Shown piece by piece: positions 42,127-55,974 of a DNA stretch of 64,000 bases. The stretch spans positions 46,252,001 to 46,316,000 of the forward strand of contig OX597823.1 of NCBI GenBank assembly GCA_951406725.2. Reading direction: 5' to 3'. How positions within the stretch are numbered: position 1 is the stretch's first letter; every line of letters begins with the position of its first letter. The notes below the pieces were generated by a model that was not told where the DNA came from, did no database searches, and saw nothing but the letters and a program-made list of their open reading frames with translations. Position numbers and translations under genes: made by a program. Source of the DNA: Octopus vulgaris (lineage: Eukaryota).

Positions 42127-42329
42127 TTATCAAATGCTACGTACCTCAAACCTTCTGACCATGCGACATCAAAATATTTGAAGAAAGTGAGCAAAAGCTA
42201 AACCTACATAGACGTTTGAATTCGTAAATCTTCCCTCCAAAATTTTGCCATGCGCACTACAAAAATAGTTCCATAGGAGTAGGAACTATTGGGTTGTCGT
42301 AAGGGAGTGAAAAATCCAATTAGTAATAT

Positions 42330-43015
42330 AATAATAAGAGTAAATAATTTCTATAAAGGTTTTTAAAAAACCCACAATTATTTACTGGTAGAATTCGGTA
42401 TGTAAATATAGCCGATTACCGGCAGGAACTTCTGTAAAGTTCAGTATATATATTGTATATAAGAAAAAGGGACAGGCAACAGGTTGCTTGACCGCATACC
42501 GAAAAAATAGAAATAGCAGTCAAGAATGCTTATTTCTATCAAAGTGGGACTCCGGGCACGACAAACCCTGTAATTCACATATGCAAAACAGAAGGAATAG
42601 ATAACGAAAACGAAGTCTGGTGGTTATCTGTGAACATCATGTTTCTGGATTATAAACATATTGAATATATATTTCATATATATTTTTGATATATAATTCA
42701 TATACATTGCATATATATTTCACATCCTTCTTCAGCACAGCTTTCCATCTATTCCTTCTGTTTTGCATATGTGAATTACAGGGTTTGTCGTGCCCGGAGT
42801 CCCACTTTGATAGAAATAAGCATTCTTGACTGCTATTTCTATTTTTTCGGTATGCGGTCAAGCAACCTGTTGCCTGTCCCTTTTTCTTATATACAATATA
42901 TATACTGAACTTTACAGAAGTTCCTGCCGGTAATCGGCTATATTTACATACCGAATTCTACCAGTAAATAATTGTGGGTTTTTTAAAAACCTTTATAGAA
43001 ATTATTTACTCTTAT

Positions 43016-43019
<4 letters not shown>
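42330..43019. repeat. Perfect 273-bp inverted repeat with a 144-bp spacer
   Basis: 42330-42602 is the reverse complement of 42747-43019 with no mismatch seen; part of the spacer recurs at 40223-40308. Confidence 0.95.
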
Positions 43020-43114
<95 letters not shown>

Positions 43115-43282
43115 TATGACGGGCTCCTTTTAGTTTCCATCTACCAAATTCACTCACAAGGCTTTGGTCGGCCCGAGGCTATAGTAGAAGTCACTTGCCC
43201 AAGGTGCCACGCAGTGGGAATGAACCCGGAACCATGTGACTGGTAAGCAAGCTACTTACCACACAGCCACCCCTGCACCTAT
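43115..43282 (-). mobile_element. Group 1 SINE head
   Basis: GGTGCAGGGGTGGCTGTGTGGTAAGTAGCTTGCT...GGGTTCATTCCCACTGCGTGGCACCTTGGGCAAGTG on the minus strand. Confidence 0.85.
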
Positions 43283-43469
43283 ACTGTGACAAATTGATAA
43301 ATTTTACAACTATAAAAAAAAAATATAGCAAGACGCACACTTTATCAGATACAAACATCGAGAACAAACTGATACAAAGTTTTAAGACAGACTGAGAGAA
43401 TTTTAGCATCGAGGGAAATTGAGAAAAGAGTCTCAGCTGAGTGCAACTTAAACATTGAAAATATAAGTT

Positions 43470-44140
43470 TCAAATTTTTACTCAAGACCAAGCAGTTTTG
43501 GGGAATAGGGTAAGTCGATTATATCGACGCTATTGCTCAACTGGTATTTATTTAATCGGCGAGCTGGCAGAAACGTTAGCACACCAGGCGGAATGCCTAG
43601 CCGCATTTCGTCTGCCGTTACATTCTGCGTTCAAATTCCGCCGAGGTCGACTTGCATTTCATCCTTTCGGGGTCGATTAAATAAGTACCAGTTACGCACT
43701 GGGGTCAATATTATCGACTTAATCCGTTTGTCTGTCCTTCTTTGTCCCCTCTGTGTTTAGCCCCTTGTGGATAGTAAAGAAATAGGTATTTATTTAATCG
43801 ATCCCGAAAGGAAGAGAGGCAAAGTCGACCTCGGTGGAATTTGAATTGAGAACGTAAAGATGAGCGAAATGCCGCTAAGAATTTTGTCCGGCGTGCTAAC
43901 GAATCTGCCAGTCCGCAGACTTGAACATAGAGATGTATTGGTTTTAAATTCTGGCATGTGACCAGCAATTTCAGAGGAAAGGATAATTCGATTACATCGA
44001 CCCAAATACTCAACTGGTGGATATTTAATCGATTTCGAAAGGATGAAAGGTAAAGTCGATCTCTATGGAATTTGAATTCAGAATGTAGAGACCGACGAAA
44101 TGCTGCCTAACGTGCTTAACGAGTTTCCCAGCTCGCCGAT
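43470..44140. mobile_element. Nested group 2 SINEs: a plus copy (43559-43784) inserted in a minus copy (43470-43918), and another minus copy (43940-44140)
   Basis: TSD GGTATTTATTTAATCG at 43543-43558 and 43785-43800. Confidence 0.88.
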
Positions 44141-44979
44141 TTGAACATAAGAGAAATATTGAACAAGTGTTATGAGTGCAACGCACGCAAGATAAAAAAA
44201 AAAGGCTGATAGAAAGAAGAGGAGGATCTCAGGAAGAGTAGGCAGAACAGAAAGGAAAGGCGATTACAGACTGGTAGCTGTAAGTGAGAGAAAGCGAGAG
44301 ACAAGAATGGGACCGAGCGAGCGAATGTTAGTGAGAAAAGAAAAGAAGCAAAATAGATCGAAGCAAAGGAAACAAACCAGATGAAACTTATGAATGCGTT
44401 CGGTGGAAATGAAACTCATAATAATGAAGGACGCGTACAACAATTAATGGAAGAAAGGACATAACGAAATACGAGTAAAAATATTTCATCGCTGTTAGAT
44501 GCTGATTGAACTCGAAAATTACTTTGCATAATTCTACTGTTAAACTTAGAGATCAACATTGTAAAGTGCACATTAGCCAATTATTTTCTTTGTTTGATAC
44601 CTTTCTTTTTATAAGATTGCCAAGTGCACCAATTTTTTAAATTTTTTACAGGATACCCAAGTACAACAATTATTATGGAATTAGATGTGAATTTATAATC
44701 TGAATAGAGACTTTCGTTTCGAATGAATTGTCCGTTAAGAATTTTTCTCAGATTTCGGAAGAAATGCTCACATCAGTAGGGCAACTAGTCACTAATAACT
44801 AAGCATTTTTATTTTTTGGATTGTCCAAAGAATTATGCCATGCCTATTACGTTTGCACTTGACGTGGGTTTAGGTGAGGTTCCTCTTTCTATATTCTTCG
44901 CGCTGATACGTATGGATGTATTCCCTATAATTATTCTAAAACAATATTTGCTGGCAGTGGCTTTATATATTGTTTTAAT

Positions 44980-45378
44980 AATCTTTCCTACACTAGGCAC
45001 AAGGCCCGAAATTTTGGGGCAGGCGGCCAATTGATTAGATCGACCCCAGTACGCAACTAGTACTTAATTTATTGACCTCCGAAAGAATGAAAGGCAAAGT
45101 CGAACTCAGCGTAGTTTGAACTCAGAACGTAGCAACAGACGAAATACCTATTTCTTTACTACACACAAGGGGCTAAACACAGAGGGAGAAAACAAGGACA
45201 GACAAAGGGATTAAGTCGATTACATCGACCCCAGTGCGTAACTGGTACTTATTTTATTGACCCCGAAAGGATGAAATGCAAGTCGACATCGGCGGAATTT
45301 GAACTCAGAATGTAACGGCAGACGAAATACCGCTAAGCATTTCGCCTGGCGTGCTAACGTTTCTGCCAGCTCGCCACA
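44980..45378 (-). mobile_element. Two joined group 2 SINEs
   Basis: A full copy at about 45149-45378 runs into the 3' part of a second copy at GAAATA|GGTATTTCGTC. Confidence 0.85.
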
Positions 45379-46949
45379 TTCGCTGCCTTAATAACATGCT
45401 GCATTGAAAGGTAGTGACACCATGACACATTCAGAAGGCTTCTGGTCACATGTGTAGCATATTTCTCAGAAATATGACATAATCTATACATTGGACGTTT
45501 ATAGGCTTTACGTCCTCTTTATTCATTGTTAGATGTTTTAATAAATATCTGCATCTCTTGAACTCCAGAATAATAACCTTCGGAATGTGATAAGGTGAGC
45601 TCAAGAGATGTTATGCTTCACGTTACTTTTAGCATTATCGTCATCTTCACAAGTAACATATTCATCTACGATTATTTTTGTCATTACGAGTGATACTTTT
45701 CCTAGGTTTTATTCGAGTGAGCGAATCCAGTAATTTCAGGATAACATGGGAAGGTAATTGGGAAGTGTGTACTTCTTGAGAGGTTTACTACTAAGTCACT
45801 CGTAGGTTGTTCTATTTACATTTCAAACCTTTGATGTGCTTATATTTGCTGCTGCTATATACCAAGCATTATCTGAGTGATGATATACAACGCGCAAAGT
45901 GTAACCTATTCCGCCCTCTTTTGTTTTGAGTATTCTTTTCCTGCTGCCGTGACCAATGCTGAATACCTTTAGAACACTCCCTTGTTTGTACGTGGGCATG
46001 CGTGAATTTGCACACACATACACACAAATACACACACAAAACAACAAACACATCTTTAAATATTGTACTCTAGTATATGAATTGACTACACTCCTTCTCT
46101 CTCTCTCTCTCTCTCTCTCTCTGTACATACTGAACACAGATTAATGTTTCTTTTTAAGTTATTACAAGTTATTGAAAGTCCAAACTTTGGACCATACATA
46201 ACAAACAATAGGGTTAATCCAATAAAATTTTATTGAGCGATCAATAAATAGTATTTTTTTAATACAAAACTTTTGTAACAGTTTGCCATTTCAATAGTCT
46301 TCTTCTTCAGCTTTCCCAAATATTTAATTTTTTTTATATAATTCTTGCAATATTACTTGCGTTGGTACAATTTATGCCACGATTTTCTGACATTTCGTTG
46401 AATGTTGATATTATCAATTCTAATTTACTATAGAGATGCAATTAATATAGTTTGGCTATTTTTATATCAGTGCTTACTCGTCAAATTTTGGCCGAATGTC
46501 TTCGTAAAAACTACACTCTAAAAAGTACTTTTATTCATAAACCATAATTATATTCTGATTTTTTTATCCCCGGACAAACACGCAAGCCTGACGCAATATA
46601 TATATTTAATGAGTGCGCGATCATAATTGCTTTGTCTATTCTTTAATTCCATGCCATGGTGAAGTATATTTCTGATCAAAAACATTTAAGGACACCCATA
46701 AGTATTTTCAGTACTTAGTTTGTTAATATACCTCAATCGAAAGGCTGGAAAGAAAAACGAAAAAGGTAGAGTAAAGAATTTATCAAATGTTGACACATAA
46801 TTGATCAAATTCTTAAAGAATGAAGTGAGTGAAATAAATACATAAACGAATATCCGTAAATATGAATATACAGTAACACAAAAGTGAAGGATATTGTGTT
46901 CGTTAAATATCGTTTTGAATCAAAAGTTTGGCAATATTTTGTTATCATA

Positions 46950-47122
46950 AGGCGGTAGGTGAGCTGGCAGAATCGCTAGCATGCCCAATAAAATGCTTAG
47001 CGGCATTTCGTCCGTATTTACGATTTGAATTTAGATTTCACCGAGGTTTACTTTGCCTTTAATCCTTTTGGAGTCGAATTCTGGGGTCGATGTAATCAAC
47101 AATGTGCTAAAATTTGAAACCA
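46950..47122 (+). mobile_element. Group 2 SINE, internally deleted
   Basis: GAGCTGGCAGAATCG head and Meta-like core. Confidence 0.75.
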
Positions 47123-47134
47123 ATATTTTGTTAA

Positions 47135-48000
47135 CTTATTTCTTTTATTCAAGTTACAAAATAATAGCGGCCTAGCATTCAAAGTAGAGGCCTGCGTGTT
47201 GCACGGTCCGAAGCCACCAGTTCTTTGAACCCACGCCGATGCCGGTTGTTGTTCTTTGAGGTGAAGAATTCTTTCACTGAAGCTTCCATCTTCACATGGT
47301 TGATGAAGCGTCGCGAACGTAGGAATTGATCCAGTGATCGGAACAAGTAATGATCCGAGGCAGATATTTTTCCACAACTGTAACGTGCATGAGCAATGGT
47401 TAAGCAAGGGCCAGCTTCCGTAACCTGTACACAAACATGGACATTTCGAACACAAGGTGATGCTCTGTGTCTAGTGGAATTATGAGAGAATAATTCATTA
47501 CTAGTTCGTTCTGGGCTGTCGAACCATTGATGTCAACCTTTACTCCTTAACAGCTGAAGTGGATATGTGCCACTGTGCGGCACAAATACCCAGCGCTGGT
47601 TAACAGAAAGTGAGCTCTTCTGCAGCAAGACAGCGTAAGACCTCATACCACTCGAAAGACCCGGAATAAACTTCAGGAATTGCTTGGAATCGGACAGGTG
47701 TTCTGCCCAGCACATATTCCGACCTAACATCTTCGGATTATAATTTGTTCCGATGAATGGCTCACTTTCTGCACGCGTGACACCAAGATGAAATGGAAAC
47801 TTCAGAGAAGGAGCTCTTTGCCTTGAAAGACATCAAAGGACAAGAGCTGGTATCAGCATGGGATCAAAGAAGTGGCAGAAAGGTGGCTGCAGACAGTGCA
47901 ATACGATGGCCTCTACTTTGAATGTTAGGCTACTTTTGTTATAACTTAACGTATACAGCAATTAATTTACTGAAATATTGCAAAGCTTTTAACTCAACAA
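47135..48000. pseudogene. Rearranged mariner: plus-strand catalytic-domain remnant (about 47367-48000) fused to an inverted copy of the C-terminus (about 47135-47365)
   Basis: Plus: KVMLCV*WN...LLQQDSVRPHT...SDLTSSDYNLFR*MAHFL...RWLQTVQYDGLYFEC*. Minus: SASDHYLFRSLDQFLRSRRF...KEFFTSK, ending GGCCTCTACTTTGAATGCTAG. Confidence 0.85.
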
Positions 48001-49561
48001 TAGTTTTTACTACGTTTCGACAAGACCGTTTGTCAACTATACGAATAAAATGAATTTAGTGTCAAGTGTCATCATATTAAATTCTAGTAGAATAAGGTAT
48101 CTGAGGATGTGTGGAAGATAATATATCTAAATGAAAGTTGCCCATCAATGCCATTCACAAGAAATAGATCACTCAAATCAATATAGTATGAGGTAGCTTA
48201 TCGAAAATACCGAGCTGTGGGATCGAAGTTGGAATCATATGATAATAAGGAAAATTCTTAAACAGCCATGTTTGCTATATAGCTAAGAATAAGGCATTTA
48301 TGTGTATCGGTATGTACATGTGTGCATTTTTGAAGGTGAGGTAGTATTCATGAAAGCGGTGGATTCGGCCGCGGTATTAAATCTTTACTGGATTCTTTAT
48401 ATCTCCGATGGCAAATCCCTTTTTTCATATTACAGTGATACAGACAGCCGCTTTTCTTCACTTAGGCCGAGTTAATTTGATTATAATATATCTACCGTAC
48501 AATTCATGAACTCCATTCGCAAAGAAACAAATACATATACATTCATATATAGAAATGAAGAAATTTGAATCACGTTGTTCGGGTTATAATTGTTTCATCA
48601 ACTTGTAGGGTAGATAAAGTTTTCAATATATTGGAACAAATATAAAACAATGGTTATGCAACTTCATGTGATATTAAATGAAACCCAACCCATCATTTCA
48701 TCAAACAATGCAATACGCTTGTGCATTGATAGAGAACGACCAGGGCGAGTAATGTAACGAGAAAATATCCAAACTGATACATCTAGAGAAGAGCACCATG
48801 TAAAGGGTTTGAACACACAAAAAGGCTTATATACAACTTGATGAAATCGATTGGGACACCTCTGCAAATAGCTTAGGCTAGATAAATGATGGACAATAAT
48901 GTAATGTTAATTAGTTTTATCACCAAAATGTGATGTGTCAAGAATCAAAAATTGGTTTTCATGTAATTTTATTTTAATGTGTGTGTAATCTAGACTTCAA
49001 GTAACTCATATATTCAGGTGACCTAGTATTAAAAATAATCAAGAAAACATGAGTGGAAAAGTCAATTTATTTCATATAATTTCGAAATTTTAAGTGCGTT
49101 GCGGAGCCTAAACATATCCATCTCAGAGTTTAAGATTTTAACATTCTTCTTTCTAATAAATTTTGCAAACGAAAATTAATTTGTAATAATGCATGTAAAA
49201 CTAAAAACTGAGGAAAAGAAAACGTGTTATGAATTGATTTTTCGCTCATTATTCAAAGTTTTAAGTGGGCGGCGAAGTCTCAAGACGTAAATTTAAGAAC
49301 TTCAGATTTCAAAACAGTCATTTTTAAAGGATTTTGCAATACAAAATTTACTCTTAACAACATATTTCGAAAATCTGAGTAAAAAGTACCTTTTTCGCTC
49401 CACCCGAATATGTATGTATATGCATATATATATATATGCATGTATGCCTGTATATGTACATGTATATATATATATGTGTGTGTGCGTGCGTGTGTGTGTG
49501 TGTATGTGTGTATGTATGTACATATATATATATATATACACACATATATGTAAGTGTCTAT

Positions 49562-49662
<101 letters not shown>

Positions 49663-50182
49663 CATTTATATGTATATAAGTGTGTATATGTGTGTGCGTG
49701 CGGGCATGTCTGTGTATCTGTGAGTGTGCGTATGTTTATCTGTCTGTGTGTGTAATCACTGCTACAGCACACCGAAAGTCCTTACTATAATATATGTTGT
49801 TGTTCGTATTCTGAAAATAAAGCAGCACCGTAATTTCAATAAAGGTCAAATTAGTGAAAGCATATTTCATGCAGGGAACATTAAATCGGTAATTAAAAAT
49901 TATCAATCGGTGAAAATATTTGATAATAATCTATCATTTTCCTGTTGAAGCAGGGTTTTTTTTTTTTTCGGTAAATGAGGGATACAAATACTTTCAAATA
50001 ATATTGACATTACCGGAGAAGCATGGACTATAACATAATAGAATTATTTACAGGGTTAAACTGCATTCACAGTTATCCAGTATCAATCTTACATTATGTT
50101 TTGGGGATCTGTCTATTGTTGGCTTCCTTGTGATGACACCACTTTTGCTATGCCTATAATATATAATTTCGAAGTGCTAGAG

Positions 50183-50467
50183 CAATGGCTCCCAGTCAGT
50201 TTTTTTTTTGTTTTTTTTTTCATATAGACCCCTTTCGATTCCTATTTTACTCTACAGAACCCTCACAGCCATTCGATATTTAAAAAACCTTATATTTTTA
50301 CAATCAAATAATATTAGGAATTGTAGACAAAAAGAGTTAAATATTTTGTGTATTGTAGAAGTATAAACGATTTATTTCACATAACCTTTAACAGCAAAAA
50401 CTTATATAGACCCCAAGATGTCATATGAGCCGCCAAGGGTCATATACACTCAGGTTGAGAACTGCTG
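50183..50467. mobile_element. hAT (Charlie-like) MITE
   Basis: Ends CAATGGCTCCCA... and ...TTGAGAACTGCTG (CAGTGGTTCTCAA-type); 8-bp TSD TGCTAGAG at 50175-50182 and 50468-50475. Confidence 0.85.
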
Positions 50468-51115
50468 TGCTAGAGGTTGACTTAATGATCTCGGCCACCA
50501 TCGCCATCGAGAAATGCACCCTACTACACAAATCACTGTATCGACTGTGCTGGAATTTTTTTAATACCAGTATTGTATTTATTCATTTAATCATTTAAAC
50601 ATTTTACATATTTCGTCTGTATAATATTGACACACGTCCTCTTGAGGAAAAGCTGTTCATAACACTTGCTAAAGTTCGTTAGAGGAAACTCTAAAAATAA
50701 GAAGTTAGTAGGGCAAATTTTGAAACTGGTTCTCAAAAAATTCGAGACTTCTCTAACATGTGTTCCGCTTAGGTAAGCGAGATGCTGGTTCACTGAGTTG
50801 TCACGGTCTATGTACATGAATGTGATAGTATCTTATAATTTACACAGCCATAACAGGGGAATCACTCATTAAACACAGAAAATTATTTTATATGTCTGCC
50901 GTTTTCAGCACATTGGGTGGAGGTAGAGTTTGTTTGAACTAAACACCTAGTCTGTTGGATTCAAACAATTAATTTGACACGGATTACCGCCTCGGACAGA
51001 AGAAATGACCATCTTATTTTGGACAGAGTGGAAAATAATCAGAAAATATGTTTAGTCATTTTTTTTTTATATTTCTCTCAGTGAAGCGTATTAATCGCTT
51101 CTCTCTCATAATCCG

Positions 51116-51203
<88 letters not shown>

Positions 51204-51358
51204 ATGTGTATTCTGCCACCATGGAAGATTGACCACTGACAAAAATTTGTCTACAATACGCTATATTGCCAAGAAATAACGGATACTGTTTGTTTAAAAC
51301 AATAATTTATAGAGGTCGGACTTAAACTGTATGTGGAATATTGCTTTTATATATTCAG

Positions 51359-51458
51359 TTACACACAGAAATATACATATATTCCTTAATAATATGCATA
51401 TATATATATTACACACAGAAATATACATATATTCCTTAATAATATGCATATATATATA
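51359..51458 (+). repeat. Two-copy 50-bp tandem repeat
   Basis: TTACACACAGAAATATACATATATTCCTTAATAATATGCATATATATATA twice. Confidence 0.9.
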
Positions 51459-51561
51459 TATATTTCTCCTGGTTTACAGAATTAACTTTTATTTGCGGTT
51501 GAAGCTTTGGCTGTTATTTCTAGTGGGTGAATGGCCTATTATGGCCGTTCCTTGATTGTTG

Positions 51562-51592
<31 letters not shown>

Positions 51593-51969
51593 TGTATACA
51601 TATGTGTGTGTGTGCGCACGCGTGTGTGTATACACCTTATTCTTCTTAGAGTATATTGTTCAGAATAGAGCAAGTATTTACTAAGTGCTAATTTATGCTA
51701 TAAAAGCTGAAATGTTTGTACATATGCATGAACGTAGAAATTCAGCGTTACATATACTGGAGCAAGATGTTTATATGATCTTCAATTATTACTTCTGAAA
51801 TTTTAGTCATATCATACTTCTATATCAGTTTGAGAGACCAAATTGTAGTATAATATATTTATTTTAAAGATGGCGAATTAAGCCTTTGAGATGGGATATG
51901 TGCAGTTTTTTTTCTTTATCCTCTTAACATTTTTTCTCATAGTTGGGTATTTTTCTTGTCTTCTCCCAT

Positions 51970-52730
51970 GTCATAAAAAGATGGTGTCTGACTGTTGGCT
52001 TTCGAGACCATGCATGGAGTTACTTCTTCCATCAGTCTTCTGACTAGGAGATGGTGTAAGAAGATAATACTTTGACATCGTTCTAGTCTGGGACTGAGAA
52101 CGAGATCTGTCTTTCTTGGAATATGTAACCAATGGTATAACTGCGGTGCTACTGGAATTGTTACTTCCTGATCCTGTCAATCTTTTTGTCTTGTTCCAAT
52201 CTATTCAGCCAAAAGTCCTGAAGTGGCTTTTGCTACCATAAATATGATAATGGGTTTTTCTACCTTGCAACGTCATGATCACAGCTCCGTATCGATCTTG
52301 TGATGCTGGATGTCGTCATAAGAATATAAAAGTTCATACTGACCCTCTCCCGAATGTATTTCTGTCTTGTGCACCTGTCATCCACTTTACAAAAGTGGGA
52401 ACCGAATGAGGCCAGTACCCCCTGCTATGCTCCTCATTAGCAGTCTTGTATTGTATTGTACATGTGCCAGGATAGAAATTTATGGGCGGGATTGTTGCGA
52501 ACAATTTTTGCTTATCCGTTAGGGTTTTCATTTGTCAGGTTCAGATGACGACATTTTATCCCAAATATCTCTGCGAATGTCACTTAAAACGTCTTTGGTG
52601 GTAAAGAAAAACCAACGGCTCCATTGGAGAATATTTCAGGCAGTGTCACTAGGCTTTTATTAAACCTTTCTTAACCATTTTCATTTCGTAGACCCTTAAT
52701 ATTCAGCGATTGCATGTTCCAGATAATTCA
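51970..52730 (-). mobile_element. Decayed LINE AP-endonuclease region (probably RTE)
   Basis: GC-richer coding-like segment with echoes of the GT.N start motif and an SD terminal motif; all frames are broken. Confidence 0.35.
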
Positions 52731-52942
52731 TACAAATTGGCGATATTTGTAACAATGCTTCTATTTCAGCATTCATCAATCGGCAAACTTTGTGTCAATG
52801 TTTTGAGTAATAATGTTGTTATTGTTGTTGCTGCTGTTGTTTATTTTGTATTCTTATTTTTTATTTTGTCTTTTATTCTTCAATATTTTGCCGTCGTTGA
52901 TAAAATCACTGAAACTAATGCATTCAGTATCTGAGAAATATA

Positions 52943-53160
52943 CGACGGGGTGCTGAAAAGTTCCTAGCTTTTGATAAAAGAAAATACAAGAGGATCAGTT
53001 AATTATGATTTTATTCAACATATTCGCCTCTCAAATTCACACACTTATTGCAGCAGTCCTTCGGTTTCTCTAAGATCTGTAAAAAAAACTGTGAAGTTTG
53101 AGCCTCCAACCAGGCCTTTCGCAACACCCTTACAGCCAGGAACTTTTCAGCACCTCCTTG
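52943..53160. mobile_element. Tc1/mariner-type MITE
   Basis: TIRs CGACGGGGTGCTGAAAAGTTCCTAGCT / AGCCAGGAACTTTTCAGCACCTCCTTG flanked by TA dinucleotides. Confidence 0.9.
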
Positions 53161-53664
53161 TATGTATGGCTGCAAAGTAAGATTTTTATTTCTATCTCAT
53201 TTTGCTTTGTGTCTATTGAAATCTGTTTTGTATTCTTCTTTTATGGGGCTTATTACTCTACGAACCAGGTCGAATCAAACGATGGCATAAAATGTTAAAA
53301 CAAAGTCCCATTTTTTAAGTTATTTTTTATTATGTTTGAAAATCAAATTAATGCAGTCATACACATACTTTGGGAATCTTTATGCATATAAAAAATATTA
53401 ATCCAAACATTTGGAGGTGTTAACAAATGAGAAGATCAAAGTCAAACGTAAGGGAAATAAAAGGTTTGAGCGAAGTAATTTTTTTTATAAATGGAATGAA
53501 AATTGATTGAATAAACCTCCCTAGCTTTGTAAATAGGCATTAAGTATCTAAACTATGTAATCATAATTTTGAGCATCCTTGAAAAAAAGAAATCAATGAT
53601 TAACCCAGAACACAATCAGAAATAATATGTTCGCACTCGTTGGAAACAATCGCAACAATAATAA

Positions 53665-54123
53665 TAATCTTTTCTTTTATAGGCATACGGCCTGAAATTT
53701 CCATCTCAGTTGCATTTGAATTCAGAACGTAAAGACGGACAAAATGCTTAGCGGCATTTTGTCCGACAAACTAAAAATTCTGATAGCTCGCCGCCTTAAT
53801 GATAATAATAAAAAAAAAATAGTGGTTTCAAATTTTGTCACACGGCCAGAAATTTTGGGTGCAGGTATAAGTCTGTTACATCGACCCCAGGGATCAAGTG
53901 GTACTTATTTTACCGACTCGAATGGATGAAAGACAAAGTCGACCCCGGCGGAATTTGAACCCAGAACGGGAAGCGGACGAAATGCCACTAAGCATTTCGC
54001 CCCGTGCTCTAATGATTCTGCCAGCTCACCGCCTTAACAACAACAATAACAACAACAACAATAACAACAACAACAATAGCAACAGCAACAACAATGACGA
54101 TAACGGTGACGATGACGATGACA

Positions 54124-54159
<36 letters not shown>

Positions 54160-54365
54160 TTTTTCCTGAAATTTAGAGAAGTTAGTTTATATTATTGACC
54201 TCGCCACATCACTCACTTTATTTTATCAAATCCAAAACGATGGAAAGCAAACTTGACCTTAGTGAAGTCTGAACTTGGAAAGTAAAAGCCAAAATTGCCG
54301 TAAATAAACACCGTTATGCTTCCGGTCGATGCTCAAATAAGTTCATCAAATTCATGATCTTAATG
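53665..54365 (-). mobile_element. Three group 2 SINE copies (53665-53797, 53822-54036, degenerate 54160-54365) separated by (CAA)n/(GAT)n
   Basis: Reverse-complement heads ...GCTCGCCGCCTT and Meta-like core. Confidence 0.8.
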
Positions 54366-55225
54366 TTATTATAATGATAATTGTGCGCCGACATATATAT
54401 ATATGAAGCAAAAAAAAAAGGTAAAATTAAAGTCATCTCCTTTTACTTCACACTCCACATAACTAAACCAGAATATATAGTTTTCCATTTGTAATAAATT
54501 CTAAGCTAACTCAGAATCTCATCAACATGTCGAATTCTAGAATTGAGGCAGAGCCTTTTAACTATTCAGCCCTATGCTCTCTCCCCCACTCTGTCTGTCT
54601 GTCTGTTTCTCTCTCTCTCTCTCAAATGAGTTACCACATTTAACAATAGCGGATCTCACAATTTGCTCTATTGACTGTCATTAAAAAGAGAATATTTTTA
54701 CTAAACGTAAGGTGTACTAGCCATCTGAATGTGGCTAGCCACTAGGGGTGGGGTGTTACTGATGCTTTTAGCCCCAAGCGATCAACGTCACCAGATGGAC
54801 TTTAGACACAATCTCAGTGCCCTTGTGTTATTTGCAAAGGGAGGTCATCCTCCCTCGAAAACCTAAGTACTACATACGGACTATAGTTTCAAGGTAATTG
54901 CCTCTCGTCAACGCATGGTAAGCACCTGTTTTCGATGAAGGAGTCCCCTTGCAAATAATATTTAACGTTTTTCACAGCAACCACTGTCACTGATTTTACT
55001 AAAGATATGCGTTAAAGATGTGGGCAGTGAAAAACTCATTCGAAATTTAGAGAAATTAAATATGTGAGGATTATTTTGTTTTTATGCTCTTAAATACCCC
55101 TCTTCTTTTTACGTATTTATAATTTGTCTGTAAAACTAGACTGCATAAATAATACGATGTGGGTCAAAAGTCACTTACCAATAAAGTTTATTTATATTAC
55201 GCTTTCATTATCAAAGCAATCATCA

Positions 55226-55312
<87 letters not shown>

Positions 55313-55315
<3 letters not shown>

Positions 55316-55703
55316 GCTTGACATTTGCTTTACATTTGCACGAGTTGGCTCCAAGTCTCACCCAGAGACCTTAAGAGGCAAGTTATGTTGGTGTTACGCC
55401 TAGGATGCCATATATTTGGTTTTGTACATAGTGTTGTTCTAGAGAATGTTTAAGAAACCATAAGAAAATTATGTGTTTGTTTTAAAACTTGAGATTACAT
55501 AGAAAGTATTTTGCCTAGGATATGGGCAGTTCCCATGAGCACTATCTTTTGAATTTCTGCCATCTTTGGTTTTCCTGGTATCTGAGCTAGGTAGCAATCA
55601 GCCTCTTTTGCTATCATTCCTAGGGCACCTATGACAACAGGTATTGATTTGGTTTTCAGCTTCCTCATTTTGCTAATTTCTATTTCAAGATCTTTATACT
55701 TGC

Positions 55704-55705
<2 letters not shown>
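55313..55705 (-). mobile_element. 5'-truncated R4/Dong insertion inside a TAA microsatellite
   Basis: SKYKDLEIEISKM...IPVVIGALG...IQKIVLMGTAHILGKILSM* plus 3' UTR, with (TTA)n on both sides (55228-55312, 55704-55973). Confidence 0.92.
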
Positions 55706-55761
<56 letters not shown>

Positions 55762-55793
55762 CATTATTATTATTATCATTACTATTATTATTA

Positions 55794-55851
<58 letters not shown>

Positions 55852-55898
55852 CATTATTATTATTATCATTATTATTATTATCATTACTATTATTATTA

Positions 55899-55972
<74 letters not shown>

Positions 55973-55974
<2 letters not shown>

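Noticed and set aside
48664-48867. 67-aa minus-strand ORF with an acceptor-like start
   Set aside because: No recognisable homology and no linked exons; the length is within chance range.
49011-49410. Possible TA-flanked DNA transposon (TATTCAGGTG / CACCCGAATA)
   Set aside because: The inverted match is only 10 bp with a mismatch, too short to support.
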